In this document: piece after piece, positions 10,443 to 19,977 of the stretch
How the letters are laid out: each line of letters begins with the position of its first letter
How positions within the stretch are numbered: the stretch's first letter is position 1
NCBI GenBank assembly: GCA_963716145.1
Contig: OY970292.1
Location: 965,404-1,029,403 of the forward strand
Direction: 5' to 3'
From: Candidatus Levyibacteriota bacterium
Lineage (GTDB): Bacteria; Patescibacteriota; Microgenomatia; Levybacterales; UBA12049
DNA length: 64,000 nt
Position numbers and translations under genes: made by a program
The notes under the pieces: generated by a model
Seen by the model: the letters and a program-made list of their open reading frames with translations, nothing else
Database searches by the model: none
What the model was told of the DNA's origin: nothing

Positions 10443-10892
10443 ATGAATTTTATTCACGACAAAAGCAATATCGAAGGCGAAGTTAGTTTAGGTGATAATG
10501 TCAGCGTTTGGTCTTTCGCATCAGTTAGAGGCGATGAAGGACCGATTGTAATCGGGGACAATACCAGCGTTCAGGATAATGTTACAATTCATGGAAAAGT
10601 AAGTATTGGCAAGAACGTAACTATCGGCCACGGCGCTGTAATTCACGGAGCAAAAGTCGGTGATAATGTACTGATTGGCATGAACAGTACGATTCTGGAT
10701 GGAGTGGAAATCGGAGATTGGTGTATTATCGGGGCTGGAAGCTTGCTCTCTCCAAATACAAAGATCGAAACAGAGTCATTGGTAATTGGGTTACCGGGAA
10801 AAGTGATCAGAAAGCTTGAGGAAAAAGACAAAGAGCTTATTGTGTCTTCCTACAAAAACTACCTCGATAAAATAAAAGACAAACAAAAGTAA
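10443..10892 (+). CDS. hexapeptide-repeat (LbH) protein of the gamma-carbonic-anhydrase / YrdA / PaaY family
   Basis: Left-handed beta-helix repeats with conserved His (…DNVTIHGKVSIGKNVTIGHGAVIHGAKVGDNVLIG…). Confidence 0.65.
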   Translation: MNFIHDKSNIEGEVSLGDNVSVWSFASVRGDEGPIVIGDNTSVQDNVTIHGKVSIGKNVTIGHGAVIHGAKVGDNVLIGMNSTILDGVEIGDWCIIGAGSLLSPNTKIETESLVIGLPGKVIRKLEEKDKELIVSSYKNYLDKIKDKQK

Positions 10893-10913
10893 ATGTTGTG
10901 TTAAAATAGCTTC

Positions 10914-11930
10914 ATGACTATTGAGAATGATTTTCCTCTGAAGGACTCTCTCTGGTATAAAATCGGCGGGACAGCCAAGTATTTTATAACTTGCGAGTCC
11001 CCAGAAGATATAAAAGAAGCCTTGGAGTTTATTCAGAAAAATAATATTCAGAAAGTTTTTATTCTTGGCTTAGGGTCAAATCTGATTTTTACCGACGAAT
11101 ACTTTGACGGTGCAGTTATTTGCATCTCTTCGAAACGTCATCCTGAGCAAAGCGAAGGATCTCAATTAGATTCTTCGGTTTCGCCTCAGAATGACAGTAT
11201 AAAAATGACAGAGGATGGCTTGGTTGAAAGTTTTACCGGTGAAGTCTTGGATGACGTCATAAAATTCGCCCTTGATCATAGTTTAATCGGTCTGGAATGG
11301 GCAGGAGGATTGCCGGGAACTGTGGGTGCAGCAGTCCGGGGCAATGTAGGGGCGTTTGGCGGTGAGATAAAAGACAGCCTCACAACAGTCGATGTTTTGG
11401 ATTATTCAGGCGAAGTTCCAGTTTTTAAGACATTAAATAATGAAGAGCTGCAATTTGTTTATCGTGGAAGTATTGTCAAAACACACAAAAAAATGGTTGT
11501 TGTTGGGGCTAGATTTGGTTTAAAAAAGGGAACCAGTGAAGAAGTCGAAAAAGCGTGGGAAGTTTACAACAAAAATAAACAGTTCAGAATAGACCGGCAT
11601 CCGCTTGAATTTGCCAATTGCGGATCAGTATTTAAAAACCTGAGAAACAAAGAAAAAATTGAAAAAGTTTTATCTATTTATCCCGATTTAAAAGACAATG
11701 TTGAAAAAAAATGGTACGGAAAAGTAGCAGTTGCCAGCCTGATTGAAAAATTGGGGTTCAAGGGTTATCGGATAGGAGACGCGCAGGTTTCTGAAAAGCA
11801 CGCATTGTTTATAGTTAACCTGGGTCAGGCCAAAACGAAAGAAGTACTACAGATAATTTCAGACATCCAGCAAAAATTTCAGGAAAAGTTTGGCTTCAGC
11901 CTTGAGGTGGAGGTTGAGATTGTAAATTAA
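10914..11930 (+). CDS. murB: UDP-N-acetylenolpyruvoylglucosamine reductase (MurB)
   Basis: FAD-binding N-terminus (KIGGTAKYFITCESPEDIKEALEFIQKNNIQKVFILGLGSNLIF) and a MurB C-terminal region (…GSVFKN…), with an insertion. Confidence 0.8.
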   Translation: MTIENDFPLKDSLWYKIGGTAKYFITCESPEDIKEALEFIQKNNIQKVFILGLGSNLIFTDEYFDGAVICISSKRHPEQSEGSQLDSSVSPQNDSIKMTEDGLVESFTGEVLDDVIKFALDHSLIGLEWAGGLPGTVGAAVRGNVGAFGGEIKDSLTTVDVLDYSGEVPVFKTLNNEELQFVYRGSIVKTHKKMVVVGARFGLKKGTSEEVEKAWEVYNKNKQFRIDRHPLEFANCGSVFKNLRNKEKIEKVLSIYPDLKDNVEKKWYGKVAVASLIEKLGFKGYRIGDAQVSEKHALFIVNLGQAKTKEVLQIISDIQQKFQEKFGFSLEVEVEIVN

Positions 11931-12059
11931 TTATTGCCAGAATCAAGTTATTCTGATAAAATAGTTATTGTTATGTCCGAAAATTTGTTAATCAACGCAA
12001 AAACAAAGAAGCGCCTGTATTAAGGGTGTTTCTTTGCATGACAAAATCAAAAAGAAATA

Positions 12060-12082
12060 CCCTCTCGTTAGAGGGTTTTTTA
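12060..12082 (+). terminator. intrinsic-terminator-like hairpin (accctct-cgtt-agagggt + TTTTT) ending 10 nt before the dapL ATG; possible leader or attenuator
   Basis: Perfect 7-bp stem followed by a U-tract, 130 nt downstream of the murB stop and directly abutting the dapL start. The AGAGGG in the 3' arm could double as a sequestered Shine-Dalgarno sequence. Confidence 0.4.
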
Positions 12083-12091
12083 ATATAAAAT

Positions 12092-13315
12092 ATGGCAAAA
12101 ATCAATAAAAATTTTCAAAAATTACACGCAGGATATCTTACTGTTCTAATTTCGAATAAAATAAAATCATTTCAGGAAAAATATCCGGGGGCTGAGATAT
12201 ATAAACTCGGTATAGGCAATACCACCGAGCCCCTACCTGAGCATATTATTAAAGGTTTACAAACAGGTGTTAAAAGACTGGCAAACCGTAAAACATATAC
12301 CGGTTACGGGGATGAGATTGGGGACATAAGGCTTAGAAAAGCAATCACCCAATGGTACATGGACAAAGGAGTGCCTTTGGATTTTCAGGAAGTATTTGTA
12401 AGTGACGGCGCAAAGCCGGATACTGCCAATATCCAATCGATCTTTTCTCAAGACAGTATAGTTGCCGTACAGGATCCGGCATATCCGGTGTATGTTGAAA
12501 CAAACGTAATTGCCGGAAGAACAGGTGGATACCTAAATGGTAAATACAAAGGACTTGTCTATCTGCCTTGCACAAAAGAAAATAACTTTGTCCCCCTTCT
12601 GCCAAAAGGCAAAGTTGATCTGATGTATTTGTGCAGTCCCAACAACCCAACTGGTGCGGTAATGAATAAAAAACAATTGAAAAAATTTGTGGATTACGCG
12701 ATTTTGCATAAAGCGGTTATTATTTTTGATACAGCATATGAAGCGTTTATCCGAAGTAATGATTTGCCGCACAGTATTTATGAGATTGAGGGTGCAGAAA
12801 AATGCGCGATAGAAATCGGCAGTTTTTCAAAATCATCAGGCTTTACAGGTGTTCGTCTCGGGTGGACAATCGTACCTATGGTTTTGGTTACAGAAGACGC
12901 AAAAAAAGGAGAAGTAAATGCTTTATGGAGCAGGAGGCAAACCACAATGTTTAACGGAGCATCAAATATCGTACAAGAGGGTGGACTTTCAGTCCTATCG
13001 AAAGAAGGACAAAAAGAAACTCAAAAAATAGTTGATTATTATATGGAAAATGCCCGAATTATAAAAACTTCTTTTTCCAAACTTGGATTTGAAGTTTTTG
13101 GCGGAGAAAACGCTCCCTATATTTGGTTAAAAACGCCGGGAAAACTAACATCATGGGAATTTTTTGATAAATTATTAAGTGAAGCACATGTTGTAGGTAC
13201 ACCCGGGTCTATTTTTGGACCTGAAGGCGAGGGATACTTCAGGCTTTCAGCATTTGGACACAGTGAAGATATCCAAAAAGCTGTAAAAAGTATCCAGGAG
13301 AATTTAAAAATATGA
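12092..13315 (+). CDS. dapL: LL-diaminopimelate aminotransferase (DapL)
   Basis: N-terminus MAKINKNFQKLHAGYL…KLGIGNTTEPLP matches the DapL consensus (MA.IN.NYLKLKAGYLFPEI…). Fold-type-I aminotransferase with a PLP-lysine region (SFSKSSGFTGVRLGW). Confidence 0.8.
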   Translation: MAKINKNFQKLHAGYLTVLISNKIKSFQEKYPGAEIYKLGIGNTTEPLPEHIIKGLQTGVKRLANRKTYTGYGDEIGDIRLRKAITQWYMDKGVPLDFQEVFVSDGAKPDTANIQSIFSQDSIVAVQDPAYPVYVETNVIAGRTGGYLNGKYKGLVYLPCTKENNFVPLLPKGKVDLMYLCSPNNPTGAVMNKKQLKKFVDYAILHKAVIIFDTAYEAFIRSNDLPHSIYEIEGAEKCAIEIGSFSKSSGFTGVRLGWTIVPMVLVTEDAKKGEVNALWSRRQTTMFNGASNIVQEGGLSVLSKEGQKETQKIVDYYMENARIIKTSFSKLGFEVFGGENAPYIWLKTPGKLTSWEFFDKLLSEAHVVGTPGSIFGPEGEGYFRLSAFGHSEDIQKAVKSIQENLKI

Positions 13316-14565
13316 AAAAAACAATACCGTTTACAAAATCAGAAATAGAAAAAATAATAAAAGATCATCCTACGCCATTTCATATCTATGATGAGAAAGC
13401 AATTGTTGAGAATGCGCGAAAGCTTTACAAAGTATTCAATTGGGCGCCTGGTTTTAAAAACTATTTTGCAGTTAAAGCAACGCCAAATCCCTCTATTATT
13501 AAAATTTTTAAAGAGGAAGGAATGGGTGTTGACTGCAGTTCATTGCCGGAGCTTATTTTAGCGGAAAGACTTGGTTTTAGGGGTGAAGAAATTATGTTTT
13601 CATCAAATGATACTGCATATAACGAATTCAAAAAAGCATTCGAAATGGGCGCGATTATTAATCTTGATGATATAACTCATATTGAAGTTTTAGAAAAACA
13701 CGCAGGAATACCTGATGTTATTTGTTTTCGCTATAATCCAGGACGTCTAAGGAAATATAAAGGAAATTTTATTATTGGTAATCCGGAAGACGCAAAATAT
13801 GGATTGATGCGGGACCAATTATTTGAAGCCTACAAAATTATGAAAAACAAAGGAGTTAAAAGATTTGGTTTACATACGATGTTTGCTTCAAATGAGCTCG
13901 ATAAAAATGCTTTTGTTGAGACAGCGGATATTCTTTTTGATAAGGTTGTTGAGATATCAAAAAAACTCGGCATAAGATTTGAGTTCATAAATTTAGGAGG
14001 GGGGATAGGAATTCCATACAAATTAACAGATAAACCGGTTGATCTTGAATACGTTTCAAAAGAAATAAAAAAACTTTATGAACAAAAAATCGTTAAAAAC
14101 AATTTGTCGCCTCTTAAAATAGTAATGGAAAACGGCAGAATGCTGACCGGGCCTTACGGATATTTGGTAACCAGTGTTATACATAAAAAAAATACCTACA
14201 AAAAATATGTTGGCTTAGACGCTTCAATGGCCAATCTTATGCGTCCAGCAATTTACGGAGCCTACCATCACGAAGCAGTAATGGGAAAAGAGAAAAGTCC
14301 GGCAACCGAGACTTACGATGTTGTTGGATCACTTTGCGAGAATAATGATAAGTTCGCAATTGACAGAAAATTACCAAAGATTGACATAGGAGACATAATT
14401 GTTATTCACGATACAGGTGCGCATGGACACGCAATGGGATTTAATTATAACGGTAAATTACGTTCCGCTGAATTATTACTTCGTCCGGATAAATCTGTAA
14501 AGCTGATAAGAAGGACGGAAACAATTGAGGATTATTTCGCAACTCTGGATTTTAATAATTTATAA
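13312..14565 (+). CDS. lysA: diaminopimelate decarboxylase (LysA)
   Basis: Fold-III PLP decarboxylase (PFHIYDEKAIVENARKLYKVF…FAVKATPNP…GGGIGIPY…). Shares an ATGA overlap with dapL. Confidence 0.8.
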   Translation: MKKTIPFTKSEIEKIIKDHPTPFHIYDEKAIVENARKLYKVFNWAPGFKNYFAVKATPNPSIIKIFKEEGMGVDCSSLPELILAERLGFRGEEIMFSSNDTAYNEFKKAFEMGAIINLDDITHIEVLEKHAGIPDVICFRYNPGRLRKYKGNFIIGNPEDAKYGLMRDQLFEAYKIMKNKGVKRFGLHTMFASNELDKNAFVETADILFDKVVEISKKLGIRFEFINLGGGIGIPYKLTDKPVDLEYVSKEIKKLYEQKIVKNNLSPLKIVMENGRMLTGPYGYLVTSVIHKKNTYKKYVGLDASMANLMRPAIYGAYHHEAVMGKEKSPATETYDVVGSLCENNDKFAIDRKLPKIDIGDIIVIHDTGAHGHAMGFNYNGKLRSAELLLRPDKSVKLIRRTETIEDYFATLDFNNL

Positions 14566-14569
14566 AAAT

Positions 14570-15904
14570 ATGATAATTGCAAAATTTGGAGGAAAATCAG
14601 TTGCCTCGAGCAAAAATATTGAAACCATAGCTCGTATAACTAAAGCAGAAATTAAAAAAAATCCTGTGATTGTGGTTTCTGCGGTTAGTCAGGTAACCAA
14701 TATGCTTGTTGCTTTATCTGAAGCAGACTCTGGTAATTTTGACAAGATATTCAACCAAATTAAAGTCGCACATTTTAATTTAACTTCCCAATTATGGGAG
14801 GAAAAAACTCCAGAAGATGTAACTCAATACATAAATAAATGTTTTGACAATATTAAAGCACTCGCCAAAAAAACAAACAAAACCAAAGCTGAAATGGATG
14901 CACTTTTGATGAATGGAGAAATGATGTCCTCGTATATTATAGCTTGCGCACTGTCTATTTCAGGAATAAAAGCTCAGCAAGTAGTCGCAACCGAATTGAT
15001 TGTCACAGATAGGGAGTTCGGGTCAGCAGAATTTATTCCGCAACTAACAGTTAAAAAAACCAAAGACATTATTGACCCATTATTGAAAAATGGAATTGTA
15101 CCTGTGATAACTGGTTTTATCGGCGCGACAGATAAAGGTGAACCGACAACAATCGGACGGGGTGGATCTGATTACACAGCGTCAATAATCGGATTTGCGC
15201 TCAATGCTTCAGAAGTACAGATCTGGTCAGATGTGGACGGAGTATTTACTGCGGATCCCCGGTCTGTTCCTAAAGCGAAGTTAATTAAAAACATCTCTTT
15301 TAAAGAAGCATCGGAGCTCGCATATTTTGGAGCAAAAATACTTCATCCAAGGACTTTGCGTCCTGCCATGAGAGCAGGAATTCCCGTTCGCGTTATGAAC
15401 ACCATGAATCCAAAAAGCCCAGGGACGATTATTCAGCAAGATTCTATTGGAAGAGGTGGAATTAAAGCAATAACTTCAAAAAAACAGACCAGGCTTATCA
15501 ATCTTTATTCAGCAGATATGCTTTTTGGAAAAGGATTTTTAGCACGCATTTTTGCGATTTTCGCAAAATACAATGTTTCAGTTGATTTGGTTAGTGTCTC
15601 AGAAGTTAGTGTTTCTGTTACTTTGGATAATCACGACAATCTAAAACCGGCCCTGAAAGAACTTTCTGAATTTACATCTGTTGCAAATATCTCAGATTTT
15701 GGTATAGTATCGCTAGTTGGGGATGGGATTGTAAAAATTCCGCATGTAATGAAAAAAATATTTACTATTCTGGACACGCATAAAATTGGGGTTGAGATGA
15801 TTTCACTCGGGGCAACAGAGGTAAATATAAGCTTGGTTATAGCTTCTACTGAAATTGAGCGTGCAGTTGAGAGTTTGCATGATGAATTGTTATTAAAATT
15901 ATGA
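14570..15904 (+). CDS. lysC: aspartate kinase (LysC) with C-terminal ACT domains
   Basis: [13 protein letters not shown]… kinase N-terminus, and a …[10 protein letters not shown]… ACT region. An internal Met was chosen to avoid a 40-nt overlap with lysA. Confidence 0.85.
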   Translation: MIIAKFGGKSVASSKNIETIARITKAEIKKNPVIVVSAVSQVTNMLVALSEADSGNFDKIFNQIKVAHFNLTSQLWEEKTPEDVTQYINKCFDNIKALAKKTNKTKAEMDALLMNGEMMSSYIIACALSISGIKAQQVVATELIVTDREFGSAEFIPQLTVKKTKDIIDPLLKNGIVPVITGFIGATDKGEPTTIGRGGSDYTASIIGFALNASEVQIWSDVDGVFTADPRSVPKAKLIKNISFKEASELAYFGAKILHPRTLRPAMRAGIPVRVMNTMNPKSPGTIIQQDSIGRGGIKAITSKKQTRLINLYSADMLFGKGFLARIFAIFAKYNVSVDLVSVSEVSVSVTLDNHDNLKPALKELSEFTSVANISDFGIVSLVGDGIVKIPHVMKKIFTILDTHKIGVEMISLGATEVNISLVIASTEIERAVESLHDELLLKL

Positions 15905-16632
15905 AAATTGCATTAATTGGTTACGGAAAAATGGGTCAAGAAATCGAGCAAGTTGTCGCTGACTCCAAAATACATGAGATTATTTCTGTGAGTTTCCGAA
16001 AAAGCAGTGACAGTCTGGATCTTGCCGGAATTAAGACATCGGACGTGGCGATTGATTTTACGTCACCCGAAATAGTAATGGACAACATAAGAGAGGTTTC
16101 AAATCTTGGGATAAACATGGTTGTCGGGACAACAGGTTGGTACGACCAGATTGAAGAAGTTGAATCTTTGGTGAAAAAATCCGGAACTGGTTTGATTTAT
16201 ACACCCAATTTTGGAATAGGTACCAATATATTTTTTAAGTTGGTAGCGCTCGCTGCAAGACTTACTTCAAAATACGATAATTATGATGTCTATGGATATG
16301 AAGTACATCACAAAGACAAAAAAGACAGCCCATCAGGGACTGCTTTAAAAGCAGCACAAGAGATTATGGATAATTTTCCGAATAAAAAAAGATTGCAAAC
16401 TGGTAGATTGGACCGAAAAATCGAACCAGACGAGCTGCATTTTGCGTCAGTAAGAGGAGGAAGGAATCCGGGAATGCACGAAGTTGTATTTGATAGTGAG
16501 GGCGACTCGATAGATATTTCAGTTCAAAACCACTCACGTAGAGGGTATGCACAGGGAGCTGTTGTAGCAGCAGAGTATATAATAGAAAAAAAAGGATTTT
16601 ATAATTTCAGTGATGTGTTTGAAACAATATGA
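15901..16632 (+). CDS. dapB: 4-hydroxy-tetrahydrodipicolinate reductase (DapB)
   Basis: [13 protein letters not shown] Rossmann N-terminus and a DapB-like C-terminal domain. ATGA overlap with lysC. Confidence 0.85.
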   Translation: MKIALIGYGKMGQEIEQVVADSKIHEIISVSFRKSSDSLDLAGIKTSDVAIDFTSPEIVMDNIREVSNLGINMVVGTTGWYDQIEEVESLVKKSGTGLIYTPNFGIGTNIFFKLVALAARLTSKYDNYDVYGYEVHHKDKKDSPSGTALKAAQEIMDNFPNKKRLQTGRLDRKIEPDELHFASVRGGRNPGMHEVVFDSEGDSIDISVQNHSRRGYAQGAVVAAEYIIEKKGFYNFSDVFETI

Positions 16633-17513
16633 AAAAAATAACCGGCGCGATTACAGCGCTTGTAACACCATTTAAAGAAAACGGAGAAATAGATATTGCG
16701 TCCCTTTCAAATCTGGTTGATTGGCAGATAGAAAACGGCATTAATGGTCTTGTACCATGCGGTTCAACAGGTGAAGCAGCTACTCTGGATGAGGCAGATT
16801 ATAAACTTGTTGTCGAAACTGTAGTTAAAAAAACTGCCAAAAGAGTTCCGGTTATAGCAGGCGCTACAAGTAATGATACAAGAAAAGCAGTTGAGTTTTC
16901 AAGATTAGCAAAAGAGGCAGGAGCTGACGTGCTTCTCCATGCAACTCCGTATTATAATAAGCCAACACTTTCCGGTTTGGTCGCTCATTATAAAGCAATT
17001 GCAGACGCAGTTGATTTACCTATTATTCTTTACAATGTTCCGGGTAGGACTGCTCTAAATCTGACAGCCGCTATGACTTTGGAGATTATTAAAAAAGTTG
17101 ATCAGGTTGTCGGAATCAAAGAAGCATCAGGAAACATCCTGCAAATAATGGAAGTCATTAAAGGCGCGCCTTCATATTTCTCAACACTTTCAGGAGATGA
17201 TGCAATGACACTTCCCGTTATGACGACCGGGGGTCTTGGTATTATTTCTGTTGCATCTAATGAGATTCCGGGTGAGTTTTCGGCATTGGCCAATGCTGCA
17301 CTCGTCGGTGATTATGAAAAAGCAAAAAAAATCCATTATGAGTGGATTGATTTGATGGATGTTAATTTCATAGAATCCAATCCTCAGCCCGTCAAAACTG
17401 CTCTTTTTATGATGGGAAATATAAAGGAAGTTTTTCGTCTGCCACTTGTTAAAATGGAGGAAAAAAATAAATTAATCCTCAAAAAAGTTCTTCAGGAGCA
17501 CAAATTGATATGA
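16629..17513 (+). CDS. dapA: 4-hydroxy-tetrahydrodipicolinate synthase (DapA)
   Basis: TIM-barrel DHDPS signatures (ALVTPF…GINGLVPCGSTGEAATL…, lysine in the …GIKEASG… motif). ATGA overlap with dapB. Confidence 0.85.
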   Translation: MKKITGAITALVTPFKENGEIDIASLSNLVDWQIENGINGLVPCGSTGEAATLDEADYKLVVETVVKKTAKRVPVIAGATSNDTRKAVEFSRLAKEAGADVLLHATPYYNKPTLSGLVAHYKAIADAVDLPIILYNVPGRTALNLTAAMTLEIIKKVDQVVGIKEASGNILQIMEVIKGAPSYFSTLSGDDAMTLPVMTTGGLGIISVASNEIPGEFSALANAALVGDYEKAKKIHYEWIDLMDVNFIESNPQPVKTALFMMGNIKEVFRLPLVKMEEKNKLILKKVLQEHKLI

Positions 17514-18589
17514 AAAAAATACCCGTAGGAATTCTAGGGGCAACCGGTATGGTTGGGCAGAGATTTGTTGAACTTCTCGCTGACCACCCTTGGTTTGAAA
17601 TAGAAGTGCTAGCTGCGTCTCCCCGCTCAAGTGGGAAAACTTACCAACAAGCAGTTTCAGGAAAATGGTTTTCCAAAAAACCAATTCCGCAAAATATTTC
17701 TTCAATGAAAGTTCTTGCAGTTGAGGACGACATGGATACTGTCAGTAAACAAGTCCAACTTGTTTTTTCAGCGCTTGATTTGGACAAAGAAAAAATTAAA
17801 AAAATTGAAGAGAATTATGCATCGAAAGGAAATTTTGTTGTTTCAAATAATTCTGCTCACCGCTGGACACCAGATGTTCCGATGATAATCCCTGAGGTGA
17901 ATCCTGAACATCTGGAAATTATCAAAGCGCAAAGAACAAATAGAGGATGGAAAAATGGAGGAATAATTGTAAAGTCTAATTGCTCAATTCAGTCTTATGT
18001 TCCGGTTCTTCAGGCCTGGGCAGAGTTTGAGCCTGTTGAAATCATTGTCACCTCCGCCCAAGCTATATCAGGTGCCGGAAAAACATTCGAAACATGGCCT
18101 GAGATGATTGATAATGTCATTCCCTATATTGGCGCAGAGGAGGAGAAAAGCGAGCAAGAACCTCTTAAAATTTGGGGGAAAATCAAAAATGGAAAAATTG
18201 AGGCAGCAAAAATGCCTCTCATTTCAGCAACCTGTATTCGGGTTCCGGTTGCGGATGGGCATATGGCATCAGTTAGTGTGAAATTTAAGAAAAAACCAAC
18301 TATTGATCAAATGATCAAAGCTATAAAAAATTATAAAAACCCGGTTGCAGATCTGAATTTGCTATCTAGCCCAAAAGAATTTTTAAAATATTTTGAAGAG
18401 GAGGATAGACCGCAGACCCGCATGGACCGTGACTTGGGAGCGGGAATGACAATCAGCATCGGCAGAATCCGGAAAGATTCAATTCTTGATTATAAATTTG
18501 TTGCTCTATCGCATAACACATTAAGAGGTGCTGCGGGCGGAGCAGTTCTGGCAGCAGAACTATTAAAAGCTAAAGGATACATAAAATAA
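17510..18589 (+). CDS. asd: aspartate-semialdehyde dehydrogenase (Asd)
   Basis: VGILGATGMVGQRF…NCSIQ… (active-site Cys region) …RVPVADGHM…. Confidence 0.9.
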   Translation: MKKIPVGILGATGMVGQRFVELLADHPWFEIEVLAASPRSSGKTYQQAVSGKWFSKKPIPQNISSMKVLAVEDDMDTVSKQVQLVFSALDLDKEKIKKIEENYASKGNFVVSNNSAHRWTPDVPMIIPEVNPEHLEIIKAQRTNRGWKNGGIIVKSNCSIQSYVPVLQAWAEFEPVEIIVTSAQAISGAGKTFETWPEMIDNVIPYIGAEEEKSEQEPLKIWGKIKNGKIEAAKMPLISATCIRVPVADGHMASVSVKFKKKPTIDQMIKAIKNYKNPVADLNLLSSPKEFLKYFEEEDRPQTRMDRDLGAGMTISIGRIRKDSILDYKFVALSHNTLRGAAGGAVLAAELLKAKGYIK

Positions 18590-18591
18590 GC

Positions 18592-19893
18592 ATGAAAAGT
18601 AAAAAGCAAGTTAATATTGGATTAATCGGTTTTGGAAATATCGGGAAAGGTGTTGTAAAGTATTTTCAGGAGGGACGGGGTAAGCCATTTAATATTCATT
18701 TAAAACGTATTGCAGTCCGCGATATAAAAAAATCCCGCGAGATTAAAGTTGATTTAACAGACAAGGTTGATGATATTTTTAACGATCCAGAAATAGATAT
18801 CGTAGTTGAGTTGATTGGAGGATTGGATCCGGCAAAGCAGTATATTATCAAGTCAATAGAAAAAGGAAAAAGTGTTGTTACTGCGAATAAAGCAGTAATG
18901 GCGCGTTTCACAAAAGAACTATTTACAAAATCTCGTGAAAACTCAGTGGATCTTGCTTTTGAGGCAGCTGTCGGTGGTGGAATTCCAATTATCAATACTC
19001 TTAATCGCTACAAGGGAGAAAAGATAGAGAGAGTTCTAGGTGTACTAAATGGAACCACTAATTTTGTTCTTACTCAAATGGAGCAAGGTCTTGATTTTAA
19101 CAGCGCAATAAAAATAGCCCAAGAGAAGGGATTTGCCGAAGCAAATCATATTTTGGATACCGGTGGATTTGACACAAGAGATAAGCTTTCTCTTATTGCT
19201 TCTATCATATTTAACGCGCAAGTGGATCCGGAAAAGATTTCAACGCGTGGCATAACAGATATTACTCCAGTGGATATTGATTTTGCGAATAAATATGGAG
19301 TAGAAGAAGGAGGCCCGGGATACGCGATAAAGCTTCTTGCGGTTGCTGAGAGGATCAATGGATCAGTTGAATTGAGAGTCAATCCAGCGCTTATTCTCAA
19401 AAATCATCCGTTAGCATCAGTGAGGGATGAAGTTAATGCGGTCTACGTTGAGGGTGAACTTGCGGGTCATCAAACATTTTCAGGAAGGGGTGCCGGTACA
19501 AATCCAACATCTAGTGCAGTTGTTTCAGATATTCTTCGTCTTGCAAATAATATACAAAGAGGAGTTGTTGATGATTTGCCTAAACTTGATGCAAAAATGA
19601 ATTATTTATCCGCAGAAAAGTCGGAACAGGAGGGATACCTGAGAGTTAATCTTTTGCACAAACCAGGAAGTATACATAAAGTAACCGGAATTATTGCCCA
19701 TCATGGCTTAAATATTAAAGACTCAGTTCAACGCGTTAAACACGGGTATAAAACAAAAGACGGGACAATAGTGATTCCTGACATAATTACAATAGAGCCA
19801 GCACCGCAAAAAACTATAGAAATGGCTCTCTCCGATCTTTCAAAGTCAGATAGGGTAGACGGAAAGCCCTTCTTCATGAGCATTGAGGAATAG
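18592..19893 (+). CDS. hom: homoserine dehydrogenase (Hom) with a C-terminal ACT domain
   Basis: NIGLIGFGNIGKGVV Rossmann fold, central catalytic domain, C-terminal ACT-like segment. Confidence 0.85.
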   Translation: MKSKKQVNIGLIGFGNIGKGVVKYFQEGRGKPFNIHLKRIAVRDIKKSREIKVDLTDKVDDIFNDPEIDIVVELIGGLDPAKQYIIKSIEKGKSVVTANKAVMARFTKELFTKSRENSVDLAFEAAVGGGIPIINTLNRYKGEKIERVLGVLNGTTNFVLTQMEQGLDFNSAIKIAQEKGFAEANHILDTGGFDTRDKLSLIASIIFNAQVDPEKISTRGITDITPVDIDFANKYGVEEGGPGYAIKLLAVAERINGSVELRVNPALILKNHPLASVRDEVNAVYVEGELAGHQTFSGRGAGTNPTSSAVVSDILRLANNIQRGVVDDLPKLDAKMNYLSAEKSEQEGYLRVNLLHKPGSIHKVTGIIAHHGLNIKDSVQRVKHGYKTKDGTIVIPDIITIEPAPQKTIEMALSDLSKSDRVDGKPFFMSIEE

Positions 19894-19977
19894 ATTACAA
19901 TTCTGAACTCATCAGTTTCTTCAAAATTTTTATAAGCAGACCTTTTTAAAAATAGTAATTTAGAGTAAAATAACAAT

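Noticed and set aside
11931-12091. T-box or lysine riboswitch upstream of dapL
   Set aside because: Only a partial AGGGTG match to the T-box sequence. No ACCGCG, specifier-loop or L-box conserved blocks (AGAGGUGC, GCCGAAG, UGGAG) were seen. Kept only as a generic hairpin or attenuator note.
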